From the NCBI RefSeq assembly GCF_006345805.1, contig NC_042997.1:176204001-176268000 (forward strand): 64,000 nt of DNA, given 5' to 3'. Position 1 is the stretch's first letter. Each line of letters begins with the position of its first letter. Made by a program: the position numbers and the translations under genes. This document shows, one piece after another, positions 50,176-61,978 of this stretch. The notes under the pieces are model-generated. The model was not told where the DNA came from. It was given only the letters and a program-made list of their open reading frames with translations, and did not search any database. Origin of the DNA: Octopus sinensis. Taxonomy: Eukaryota.

Positions 50176-51191
50176 TTTACAAAGCACTGGTTTTTCACTT
50201 TTCTGAAAAATGTTTACATCTTTTGCCAGTATACATTTGTGAAAGACATATATACATACATGCATACATATTTACAAGAACAACTTTTCTGAATCAATCA
50301 GGGTCCCCAAATTTAGGGTGAGTAATTTGTATGCTAATTAAGGTCACCAAATTTAACATGATGTTTATGTCAAAGTATGTTATTTGATGTTGGAAGATAA
50401 CTATGACACAGAATGTGTGTTAATCATCAACTTAATATTTATTCCCATTAATATTACACATCAACATCAGTGAACTGATAGAAAACACAAACAAGAAATA
50501 TGAATAACTATTAAACAAAAGTTATAATTGGTTTGGTAAATGTGCATGTTCTTATATTCAAGAGAGAAAGAAGAATGTACATCTACATAAAAAAAATGTC
50601 CATTACTATCCTTTAATCATAGATGTGCAAGCAAAAAAGCAAAAAGGTGGTGGTGAATATGAGAGAATTCTTTTTCAATGGTGTTGAGTTGGGGCATAGG
50701 GCCTTGCTGTAACTATGAGAATCTTTAAAAAAGTGAGAAATCTATGCTCAAAGAGCTGGAAGAACTACATAGATGTGCAAAAGATAGCAATGTTGTTTAC
50801 CGAAGAAACAATAGTCTCAACTATGTGCATGTAAATCTGAGGTTGAGTTTAGTGGAAGTAATAGTGTTGGATGAGCCAGCATTTTGGTAAATTTTCTTTG
50901 ATCCTTTATGTATTTAGTACAACAGTCACTGATTGGTTCTAAAGAGTATCAAAGCTTCATGTTGTCTGTGATTTTTATGAGCGTGTTTCTAATCCCTGTA
51001 TTATATATATATCATATTGTGTATGTTTAAAAATAGTTTTCATGTATAAAAGTGATTGTGTTGCTTGTGAGAGGTGGTATAGGGAAGGATATCTGGCTAT
51101 AGGAAACCTCCTTCAACAAATTCTACCTGACCCATGCAAGCATGGAAAAGTGGACATTAAATGATGATATAATATTTTGTTTCCTTTTCAG

Positions 51192-51244
51192 ACCCCAACA
51201 AAGAACCACAAGTGCAACATCATCTCCTGTTCATCAGCAGCAAG
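51192..51244 (+). CDS. Host gene exon D: (R)PQQRTTSATSSPVHQQQ
   Basis: Acceptor ttccttttcag and donor AAG|gtttgt. The 53-bp exon is phase 2 to 1 and open in the required frame. Confidence 0.8.
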
Positions 51245-52149
51245 GTTTGTGTTTCATCATTATTTTTAGTTAGTACATTTACTGTTAATTATGCCACATT
51301 CAGTTTAGATGTATAAGTGTTATGTAGTAAATAATCCAATTATTTTAAAACATCGCTAAGCTTTGATTAGAACTTACATTAAAAAAGAGAGCTGAAGATA
51401 GCCAAATTGGTTATTTACTGAAGAAAGAACAGGAGATCAGAAGTTTATATCTCGTTACCAGCCCTGTACTACATTCATCAATCTTGTTCTGTTGTTGTTC
51501 AGCCTCAAGTCAGTTATGACTGAATATATTTATGACCAAAGTTGTTCCAATTGTGATCATTGTCTTTTTTTAAAGGTGTCCAGAACTACATTGTCCAATA
51601 TGTCCTTCCCTCTTTATAACAATGAGATATTATTTGAAGTATCTACTTGTTGTTTTTAGCAGATCAACTGACCACATAGTGCTTCTTTTGTTGGCTCTTG
51701 TTCTATGTAGTCCTACCTTGAAAGTAGTGAGTGGCAGCACTGTAGAATTAATGATTGTTTTGTTGTTACTGAATTAAATTTTTCTCTTATTAAAATAATT
51801 ACTCACCTGCTTTATGCATTAGAAACTAGTTATATAGCTGCCTGATGCATTCATGGGATTCTGGCCTTCCCATTCGTAATCTCATGGAACAGCCAGGATA
51901 TGACAACTAAAGGGAGAGAGAGTAAGCTACTCCAGTACTAAGCTGATATACATTTTTGGCTAAGTAGTCTGGAGCAACAGGAAATGAAATGCCTTATTCA
52001 GTGAGACAGTGTATACAGTCAAGAATTGAGCTCCTTATGATTGTGAGCCTAACCATTAGGCCATGCACCTTCTATTTCTTTACTGCCCTCAAGGGGCTAC
52101 ACACAGAGGGGCCAAACAAGAACAGACAAACGGATTAAGTCGATTATAT

Positions 52150-52555
52150 CGACACCCATAAAATTACTAACCATCTTACAAACAATAACTCTGAGCACCT
52201 TTTCAAACTCCATCTGTCTAACACCCGTGGACATGTTTACAAAGTCAGAAAACAGCACAGCTCCCATGAATTTTGGAAACATTTTTTCACGCTGAGTTGC
52301 TGAAGTATGGAACAAACTGTCGGTATCAGTTGTTAGTTGTCGGAGCACTGCATCCTTCAAAACTTCCATGCTTCCTGAGATTCGCCAACACTACACCTGA
52401 TTTTCTCCCCTCCATACACATGCAAGCATGTTTCTGATTCCTACACTGTTCTCTTTCCAGACATTTGTACATTACTGCATATGCTTTATATGTACTTTTG
52501 ACAAGTTGTGGTGCACCTGAGCACTGTATACAGTAATTTCATTATTATTATTATA
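52150..52555 (+). mobile_element. CR1-type LINE 3' end with an (ATT)n tail
   Basis: The + frame reads TRGHVYKVRKQ...KHFFTLRVAEVWNKL.VSVVS..STASFK, the typical CR1 ORF2 C-terminus. Confidence 0.8.
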
Positions 52556-52848
52556 TATAAGGCTGATTACCTAGTTTCCATGGTGTATACAAGTGACCAA
52601 GATCACAACATTCCCCTGAATGGGGTGCCAGTTCATTGCTGGGTTGAGGGCCAGCAATTATGAGGGGAGAGTACAAGTTGATTACATCAGCTTCAGTACT
52701 TGTTTGGTACTTTATTTATTCAACCTGAAAGGGATGAGGGGTAAAGTTGACCTCAGTGAGATTTGAACTCAAAGTACAAAGAGCTGGAAGAAATGTTTCT
52801 AAGCATTTTTGTCTGATGTGCTAATGATTCTGCCAATTCACCACCTAT

Positions 52849-53077
52849 TTAACCCTTTAGCATTTAAACCGACCATATCCAGCCAAAAGTATTCTGCCTG
52901 TTTTATGTTCAAACTGTCCAGATCTGGTCTCTCACACCAACCCTACAATATCGTTTTAAAAATTAACAGCTACCTCATCAAAATCGCAAAGCTACAAGAT
53001 AATGCCTGATTTGTTCAAGGCAATGTGGATGAAAAAGCATTAATTTGGGTAGAATAATGCGAACACTAAAGGGTTAA
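52849..53077. mobile_element. TTAA-flanked piggyBac-like MITE
   Basis: TTAA-CCCTTTAG at the left end and CTAAAGGG-TTAA at the right end; same family as 49748-50175. Confidence 0.75.
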
Positions 53078-53187
53078 GTCATTAATGAAGACTGTTTGCA
53101 TTTTATGAATTTTTATATAACCGTTTTATGTAAGTAAAAACTTTAAAATTATTTTATGAAATGCAATGTATATTCTTCCATCTTTAG

Positions 53188-53296
53188 ATGATAAACATTC
53201 CCATCCAAAACCATCAAACAGTAAAGCAGGGGCAAGCTATGAGCCTGTAGCATTCAATGAAAAACCAAACGGGTCCACCTCATCTAGCACTTCAAG
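53188..53296 (+). CDS. Host gene exon E: (D)DKHSHPKPSNSKAGASYEPVAFNEKPNGSTSSSTS(R)
   Basis: Acceptor ttccatctttag and donor AAG|gtaagg. The 109-bp exon is phase 1 to 2, open in the required frame, and hits a TAG in phase 0. Confidence 0.82.
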
Positions 53297-56200
53297 GTAA
53301 GGCCATGAAAAACGTAGCTGTTTCTTTTATTCAATTATTATTCTATCTCTATTTTAGGACCTGAGATATCACTTTCATTTTTATAATGTTGAGTTATTTC
53401 TCAGGCTAGAGATTTTTTTTTTTTTTCAGCGTTCAATGTTTATTGGAATTCTTTAAAAACAAGAACCTGTTTATTGAAGATTAGATATCCTCCAAATTCA
53501 TATAAACAAATATTTATAACCTTTTATTTTATTTTTTTATTTTTTGCTATTACAGTTTAGACGCTTCCAATTAATTTGGTTCTTCTTAAATCACTTTTCA
53601 TCAGAAAAATTTTTCTTTTCAATATAATATAATTTTTTTATATATTCCAATTTTTTTTAAAACAAAACAAAAATTTATAATTTTCTTCTCAATTGTTGAC
53701 TAATTTATTTTAATGTAAAACAGCATTTCAAAATTTGAATTTTTAAAAACATTTAATGCTTAAAATATTTATAAATAATGATCCAAACGGAGAATTAGTG
53801 GTAAAGAGCTGAATACTGGGCATTGTAATTTCAAATGTTAAATTTAGTTTCCATTCATTATTCAGTGAATAAAATAGTAGTAACAATGAGCGTAGCGGAA
53901 TAAAGGGACAAACAGTAATTAGCGACATGGGTGAATAAGTTTCCATAAAAGTCAATGAAACAGGAACCTTCAGTTTGCACCAAGTTGCAACCACTACCAC
54001 CTCCAACAACAACAACAGCAGCAGTAACTACTACCACCACCTACTACTACTACGATTACTACATAAGAGCTGCTGTAGAATGTAAATGGCATATGGTGAA
54101 GTAGAATAATTGCTTTCTTATAACAAAATATTTTACATATCTAATTTATCAAAAATGCATATACCATAGTGTCATTGTAGTGTTGACGCTGCTGGTCTCA
54201 GTCTACCTAGCTAACAATAGATACCATTCCCATTCCGTATTTGACTGGTTGGTAGCTTGAATGTCATTACATCTAGTTGTAAGAAAATTGTTCCAATGAT
54301 ATACAAATATCCAAATTTACTAGAGAAAAACAATGACAATCATATTCACTATACTAAAATATTTAAAAATACACTGTTAGAACCCTTTTGAATATCATTG
54401 ACCATCCTACACATACACTGTTAAGTATGAGCAAGTAATGATGATTATTGTTTAGCTCCAGGACAAAGCTGGTTCAGCAAACCTTTAATAAAATATATTC
54501 CAGCCATGACAAGTTCATTATTCAAGAATCACATTGTTCAGTGAGTTCCTTTTGGTGACGGGGTGTGATTTGAAGGAATTTAGCTTCTATTTCTAGTGTT
54601 TGAGCAACCACATAGTGGGTGATATTAATACTTCTTTCTACTATATGCACAAGGCCTGAAATTTTGAGAGATGGGGCTAGTTGATTACATTGACTCCAGT
54701 ACCCAACTGGTACTTATTTCATTGACCCTGAAAGGATGACAGGTAGAGATGACCTCAGTGGAACTTGAACTCTGAACATAAAGAGCCAGAAGAAATACTG
54801 CTAAGCATTTTGTCTGATGCTCTAATGATTCTGCCAGCACACCACTTTGGTTGATATTGATAATAAACAATCTCTTTCTATTAAACTTTGCTGTTTCATT
54901 CCTTCAGAGAGGTAATTGGTGTAAGAGGCAATGTAAGATACCAGTTATTGAAGAAAGGCCTAACATGTGATGAAAGAAAGGGCTGATAGTGCATTAGTTA
55001 TATATGTAGATATAATTACAAAGCTCCATCATAATAAGGATTTCCTTAAAAATCCACGAACTTGAATGTAATTTAAATACTGCATCTATTCATCCTTAGC
55101 ATCTCTCGTTCACTCCATTTCCATAATTCTGTTTTGTTAACAAACAATAACTAGTTGTAATTACTCATTGATTATATGTCATCCTGTATTCATATCCTTT
55201 TTAATGTATAATTTAATTTCTATAATTAATATTTTTCTTAATATCATATCTAACTCCAGCATGCTGCCTCACATCATGTGTCATTCATCTCAATGTATAA
55301 TTTACATATCCTTCTCATTTTAAACCTTCTAAATAGATTAAAGGGTGAAAATTGTTCTTTTATTATTGACATTTAGGAATAATATTCCAACACCAGTTTT
55401 TCACTGAAATTTCAATTCATTAATACATTATAAAGGAGAAAAAAAAATAGACCAATAAAATTTTAACAAAAACTTCTGATTATATACAAGTATATGGTAA
55501 TAACTTGCCAGTTCTACAGCTTAGTTATGTTGCCTTTTTCTTTTTCTTTCAAAACTCAGATGTCTGCGAGCTACTTGGCTCAATTTACTTTTTTACCCTG
55601 TTAACAGGTATGTTGATGTATTTGCAATGTGTGTTCTGACCCCTTACCAACATATTGCTGTTGAGAACATCCAGTCTTCAAAACCTTAGAAAAGTTCCTT
55701 AATGCTAGTTCTATGAATCGGAAACATTCACATAGATTAGGCTGTTAAGTAGAAAGCTTTAAACGATTGCAAATTTCATCTCTGAATGTAGGCCACTCCT
55801 CTAGCTTAAACATAATTACAGAAAAGCAGTCATCATGTTAAAGTTAACAAAAGTAATTCATTAAGCTTAGTCATAAAAGCAGTTTTTTAACTCCTAGAAA
55901 AAATATTTCTTACACAGCTTTCTATTTTTTACTTGTAGGTTATTGTTATTTTTTTGCTTTTTTTTTTTCGTCATTCCTGCCTTTAATCACCTTCTACACA
56001 CTTCCAAATGTCTTAAAACTGTCCTTACACAAGGACATACTCTTTATATTTTTGTAATTCCAAGTTTTGTCTTATCTATTTTTGCTTCAAATATTTTCAC
56101 TTTGCTTGGTGTGTATGTGTGTGTCTGTGTCAGTGTGCTTGTGTGTTTCTTGAATTTGCAAGATAATTTCCTGTTCAGTTTCAATTGAATAACTTTGTTG

Positions 56201-56887
56201 AAATCCAATTTCATCTATTATACAACCAACATCAATGTTAATTTGAATTTATATGTGTACATGTATTTGAGTGTAGGGAGATATTGATAACAAATTTAAC
56301 AATGTAAATACTTTGTCAATGTGGAATGTATAAGCTCAATTAGGAACTTGAATGAACAAAAATGGGAATTTTTAGGAAGAAAAAATATTATTTTGATAAA
56401 AATAATTTAACACAATGGAATGTTGCACTCGGTAAAATTCTTTCCACATGTAATTTTTATAGTTCAAATTTTACACTTCATAGAATTTTGGTAATTATCT
56501 AAACCAAATTAAATAATTTTCCATTTTATATTTTTCATTAATACTTTTTATATGTTGGTTTGAAACTGAAAAATGAACTTGTTTCTTCTTCAACTTTTTC
56601 ATGAGTATGAACAACATAGCAATAAAACCACATATATTTGCTACAAATATAATATTTTAGCTATACAGATTTGTTTCTGTTGATTGCAACTAAGTTTAAA
56701 TAGGAGAAAGAATATTAAAATACTCTTTTTGCAACAAGATTTGCTTACTCTTTTATTTGTGAAAATAATACTAAGCAGCATTGTTTAGAGTAAGGAAAGT
56801 AGGTTTCTTTTATTCAGAATTGTTCTTTTACATGAGGAAATTTAATGATTGTTCAAAGTATATCCAACATCAGATATATTCAAAGTA

Positions 56888-58085
56888 TTGGGCCATCCCA
56901 TAAATAATGTAGTTTTTTCAATTGCATGAACTAAAAGTCGGAGGGGGATGGGATAAACTGCTTGCATCAACTTGCTATAAAAGAAGGTAGTAATTTTACC
57001 TTGTACTGATTTTTAGTGTAAGTTTTGAAGAGCACAGTGCGATTTTAACAGTTATTTTTCCAAAGATATAATGAAAGTGACAAAGGAGCATATTCAGCAT
57101 ATTTTGCTTTATGAGTTCAATAAAGACAATAACACAATGGAAAGTGCAAGGAATATTAATGCTGTATATGGGAATTGAACAATAAGTGAAAGCCAGTGTC
57201 AACAGTGGTTCCAGAAATCCCGAGCCAGAAACTACAGCCTAGAAGATGAGCCTCATCCTGGAAGATCTGTCAAGCTCGACGAGGACATCCTGCAAACCCT
57301 GGTGGAACAAAATCCCATCATAACTGTTGAGGAACTAGAAGAAAAGCTTAGATTTGATCATTCAGCCATTCCTCGACAGCTGCATGCTATTGGGTCAATG
57401 GGTTCCTCACAAAATTTCTGGGTCTAATTGCATGCAGAGAGTGAATGTGTACTCTTCTTTGCTGTCACATCTCATGAATGAACCTTTCTGGGGGGGACCA
57501 AATAGTGACTAGTGACAAGAAATGGGTTCTCTATAAAAATGTTAAGTGCTGAAGACAGTGGGTAGGGAAAGGAGAAACACCAGCACCCCAGGCTAAAAAA
57601 GGTTTTCACCGGTATAAGGTGTTATCTGTTTGGTGGGATATGAAAGGATTAGTCCACTTTGGACTTTTAAACCCAAACCAAACAATAACAAAGGAGATCT
57701 ACTGCAAGCAGCTTAAGTTAACACTAGAAGGAAAATGACCATTTTTTTTTTTTTTCTTTATGAAAGGTGTTCTTCCATCAGGGAAACGAAGCCCCACCCA
57801 CTATATTTGCCGGACATTACCCCATCTGATTATCATTTATTGCACAGTCTTCAAAATCATTTGGATGGAAAAAATATGAACTTTGTAGAAGAGGTCAGAA
57901 CAGTACTGGAGGAGTATTTTTTGTCACGGACTAGTGAATTTTGGAAGAGGGGCCTTGCAAGTCTACCAGATAGATGGATAAGCATTGTAAAAAATGGAGA
58001 GTATTTTTTAGATTAAAGAACTTTATCTTAATTTTGAAAAATAAAAGAAGTATAATAAAACTGCATTATTTATGGGATGACCCAA
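56888..58085 (+). mobile_element. Mariner (Tc1/mariner) element relic with TIRs, TA target duplication and a disrupted transposase
   Basis: 29-bp TIRs ttggg(c/t)catcccataaataatg(t/c)agtttt with 2 mismatches, TA on both sides. Remnants WVPH, IVTSDKKW, SVWWDMKG and PDITPSDYHL. Confidence 0.92.
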
Positions 58086-59989
58086 TAAATTACTTCATTA
58101 TTTTTTTAACACAAGTCCATTTCAAATATTTTGTCTTTTGTGGTAGAATTAAGGATTAAGTATTTAAATTTCAAGAGTTTTTTTTATTTGGTGAATCTGT
58201 GATTCTAAAATCAAATAATTTTTACATTTGAACTTCTAGAGATGAAAATTATTCTGTTAGTGAAATGAAGATAAGAAAGAAAATGTTGTAAGAAAATTTA
58301 AAATTCTAATTTTTCCACATTATTTGGTTGACTCCAAACAAAAAGGATAATTTTTAAAATTAAACATTGTTTAATGAACATACATTCATTACACTTGCTA
58401 TACAATTAGGGCTGACTTAAATTATTACATTAGATCAAATATGGTCAGTTATACTCATCCAGAGATTGGAAAATTCATCCTTAAACTTTTCTTTTTAATT
58501 TTTCTTTTTACATGCATTACCATATATGACCTCAACATTCAGCACTCTTTTTTTTTAATACTTGAAAATAAACACTTGAAAATATATTAAAATAGGAAAT
58601 TGTTAGCATCTCAATGTTATTGCAGAACACTTTGCCTTTAGGGTTAGGTGTTAAAGTTACACACATGCAGAATACACAATCTGACAGTGAAGAGTGTTAG
58701 ACACCAAAGGCTTACATATATGGAGCTAACATTGTTTGCCTAGAAATTGTCTATAATGTATGTGTTTTGAAGTTATAGTTGATTTCTCAGATGAATTAAT
58801 TAAACTGAATGGTGAAATTTGTGATATGATAGTGTATATAATATTATACAAGTAGACAAGTTTATGTGACTTCTATCTTAATTGGTAATAAAGGAATAGT
58901 CTCTTCCTATGAGAGATTATATTGTGCTTGCATGAGAAGTAAATATAGAAATGTCAATGACACTAAACTGCCAGGAATATTTGAAAGGTCACTGCTTAGC
59001 TTTGTCTTCATGACAATAAACCTTAGCTTAGATAGTATGCAGATCTGTCATAAGTAACATGCTCAGAAAATCTAGTACCTATTTCTGATAGTCAGATGAA
59101 CTTAGGCATTGCAGAATAAAATGTTCTGTCTAGAAAGAATTTGAAATGTCTAGATTTGAACTCATGACTTATAAGCAGCATCAATTAGAGATAGCAACCA
59201 TAGTATTTACTGTGGTGAAGTGCTGTCACTACTTTTTAAAAAGATACCAAGTTACAGAAAACAACTTTGTTATAAGTGGTAGATACAGTTGTGTGTGCAT
59301 GCATAACTATGAGGTATTTAATACACTTATCAATAAAAATAGCCCTAAGCATTCAATGAGTTTTAGGATTGATGGTGATACTGTAATATTTTTCCATATA
59401 TTACCAAATTGTCCTATTTGGCCATCTTGCATTTGACATGTCCTAGAAATTGCTGTAGAAAATTTTTTTAATAAAATAAAAGAAGCAGGCAGCGAAAAAC
59501 AGCTAACCTGAAACAACCAGATAGCAGTAAGCTATGGTAATCATGGCATTGATACAGTCATAAATTTAAATTCATGATGATTCCTGACTGAAAAAATATA
59601 TGTTAATATATGAAAGTACAGGAGTTATAAGTAGAAGAAAGTAAAACTTATAAAAAGAATGTTTGATTAGATATTAGAAGATTAGGCCTAACAAATAAAA
59701 TTAAGTTGGTCCAAAACATGGCAAAGATTGTCATGTTGCCGTAAGCAGTTGATGTCTGCAAAATAAAGTAAATAATAAAACAATACCTATGAAACACAGG
59801 ATACTATTTTATAGCTTACAAGAACCAGTTGGAAAGCAATCGATCACGTTTTATGAAAGGTGGGTGTAATTTTTTAGAATAATTTTGCCTTTTATCTATC
59901 TAATTCTAATCAAATAGATAAATAACAGGTAAACAGGTAAGTGATACGTTGCCTAGGTGTAAGAGTGAAGAAAGGTAACTAGCCACTAT

Positions 59990-60360
59990 CAGGTTTACTT
60001 CTGTTGTGTATCAAGTTTATCTTTTTAACATTATTACTGTTATTTAGCTCTGAAGAGAGCCTGTTTCCTTGGCCTTACCAACCCTTTGAGACTGGTGTGA
60101 TTGATACTGTTGATATTTAACTTGGTGCCTGTATGGAAAATATAGATATACGGAGAGATTCAAATGGCTGCAGCTCTGGAGAGAAAAGAATTGGGGAAGT
60201 GTTTGGTGCAGCAGATGAGAAATAGCAGGAATGATTGCAGAGAGATGAGTGAATCAGATAGGTTTGACTAGAGATGGTAACAGATTGTTTGTTCAATGGA
60301 GCTAAAATAGTTACAGTAACAGAGAGAAGAAATAGTACATCTGTGAAATAGTGGCTGTAG
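59990..60360 (-). mobile_element. Degenerate LINE fragment (post-endonuclease region), same group
   Basis: ORF 60117-60371 contains VTVTILAPL, similar to VTVSAPI in ORF 16759-17535. Confidence 0.45.
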
Positions 60361-61608
60361 CATCTATACAAGTGACATTTTGCTAGTCATCAGGCTTTTG
60401 GGGGAAATGCAATCAATATTTGTATATGTAACGACTGTACCTTGTCAGGTGTTGATACAGGAGATAATCAGAGTTCAGGAGAGTTAGCATTTTCAGGAAG
60501 TTTGTAGTTTTAGCTGTGTGTTGATCATGAGAGGACAGTACAGGATTGTGTCTTTGAGATAGGCAGCGATTGTTTTTTACCATTCCAAGATGTTTTGGAG
60601 CCTTTCTTCATGTAACTAGAGCAAGTTAAATATGTAGATGCTACCAATTTTGAAGGAAATTATACAATATTCCATTAGAGAACAATTGAAGCCACTACTA
60701 AACAAATAGCAATCATTTGATATGAAATTCTTGATAAATTGTCAGGTGTTCAATATTTGACTACAAGAAAAATAAAGTAGGTGAGATATGGTACTGCTAA
60801 CTCCTGGGTTAAGAGTTCACATAAGTTGTAGGTATTTTGTTGTGTTGGTACTGAACTGAACACATTTTACATATCTCAGCTACCAGGACTGACTATCAAA
60901 TCTCCTAATAAACCTTTAAGAGACTAGTTTCTTAACTACTGGTTGTATGTTCTTGTTTGTTAGTGAAGGTTTTTATTCTTCAGAAACTCTTTTCATTGTT
61001 CAATGTAGTCATTAGTTAAATATATTCAAATATATTCTCAATCTTTTTCCGAGAATAAATTCTTCTCAATTTAAATATCTTTATATCTAATAGACAGAAA
61101 ATCCCTGATCTTCTTTTCTTATAAATGAAATAAATACTTAAAATTTTTAACAAGGTGAACACTTAAAGCAATTTTATGGTTCTCTACAAAATTTTATTAC
61201 TTGTTTTCTTATGTAGTAAAGTGTTTTGAAGGTTTGCATAAAAAACATAAATCTATGGATTTAATGAGCTTTGTTATCACATAGTTTTGGATTCTCTCCC
61301 ACTGTTTGGCATCTTCAGAAAGTGAGAGTCATCTACTATATCCTCAGCCAAACCAAAGCCTTCAGAGTGAAATTGGTAAAAGGAAACTGTATGGAAGCCT
61401 GTCATGTGAGTGTGTGGAAGCCTATCGTGTGTGTACACGTGCACATGCAAGCATGACTGCTTAAATTCCCCTATTTTTACATGACATCACCTGAGCAAAA
61501 CAGTGATCTCATGTTTACATTCCCTATAAATAATATATCGTGTATCTCTGCACTTTCAAAAACCAGTGAAATAAAAAGAAGTCCCTTAAAAAAAAAGCAA
61601 TATTCTAT

Positions 61609-61978
61609 ACTAGCAGTATCACCCAGCATTGCTCGGGTTTGTTTCGACCCTTTAGAATTGGAATTTTTGAAAAGTAAAAAGTTTGCATTATGTAGCTTGT
61701 TATTCTCTTTAAGTGAACATTTTTCTGGTTGAAATACACCAAAAAATGGCAACACAGCAGTCAAAAAATCATAAAAAATAAGGATTTTCATAGAAAAAAA
61801 GCACCTTTTTGATGTAAATAATTTTTGGTGTTAACATGGTCCGATTGAAGAGCAAGCCTTCTTCTATCATACTCTCAATTTTGGTCAACTTGTGCCGCAG
61901 GGTCTCGGAGGAGATAGTGTTAGTTGAAGGCTACCAAACCTGCCACACACAGACAACTTCAGCTTTATATATACAGAT
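61609..61978 (+). mobile_element. Helitron/Helentron-like non-autonomous element
   Basis: 5' ACTAGCAGTATCACCCAGCATTGCTCGGG and 3' cacacacagacaac...tttatatatacagat. Confidence 0.6.

Noticed and set aside
54908-54990. Possible next host exon after exon E (cag|AGAG|gtaatt microexon, or read-through REVIGVRGNV...KG*)
   Set aside because: It cannot be distinguished from chance splice-like sites without transcripts.
55560-55690. Alternative exon F candidates (55560-55607, or a terminal exon starting at 55608)
   Set aside because: Both are open in phase 2, but there is no recognisable protein motif and the acag|gtatgt site is ambiguous as donor or acceptor.
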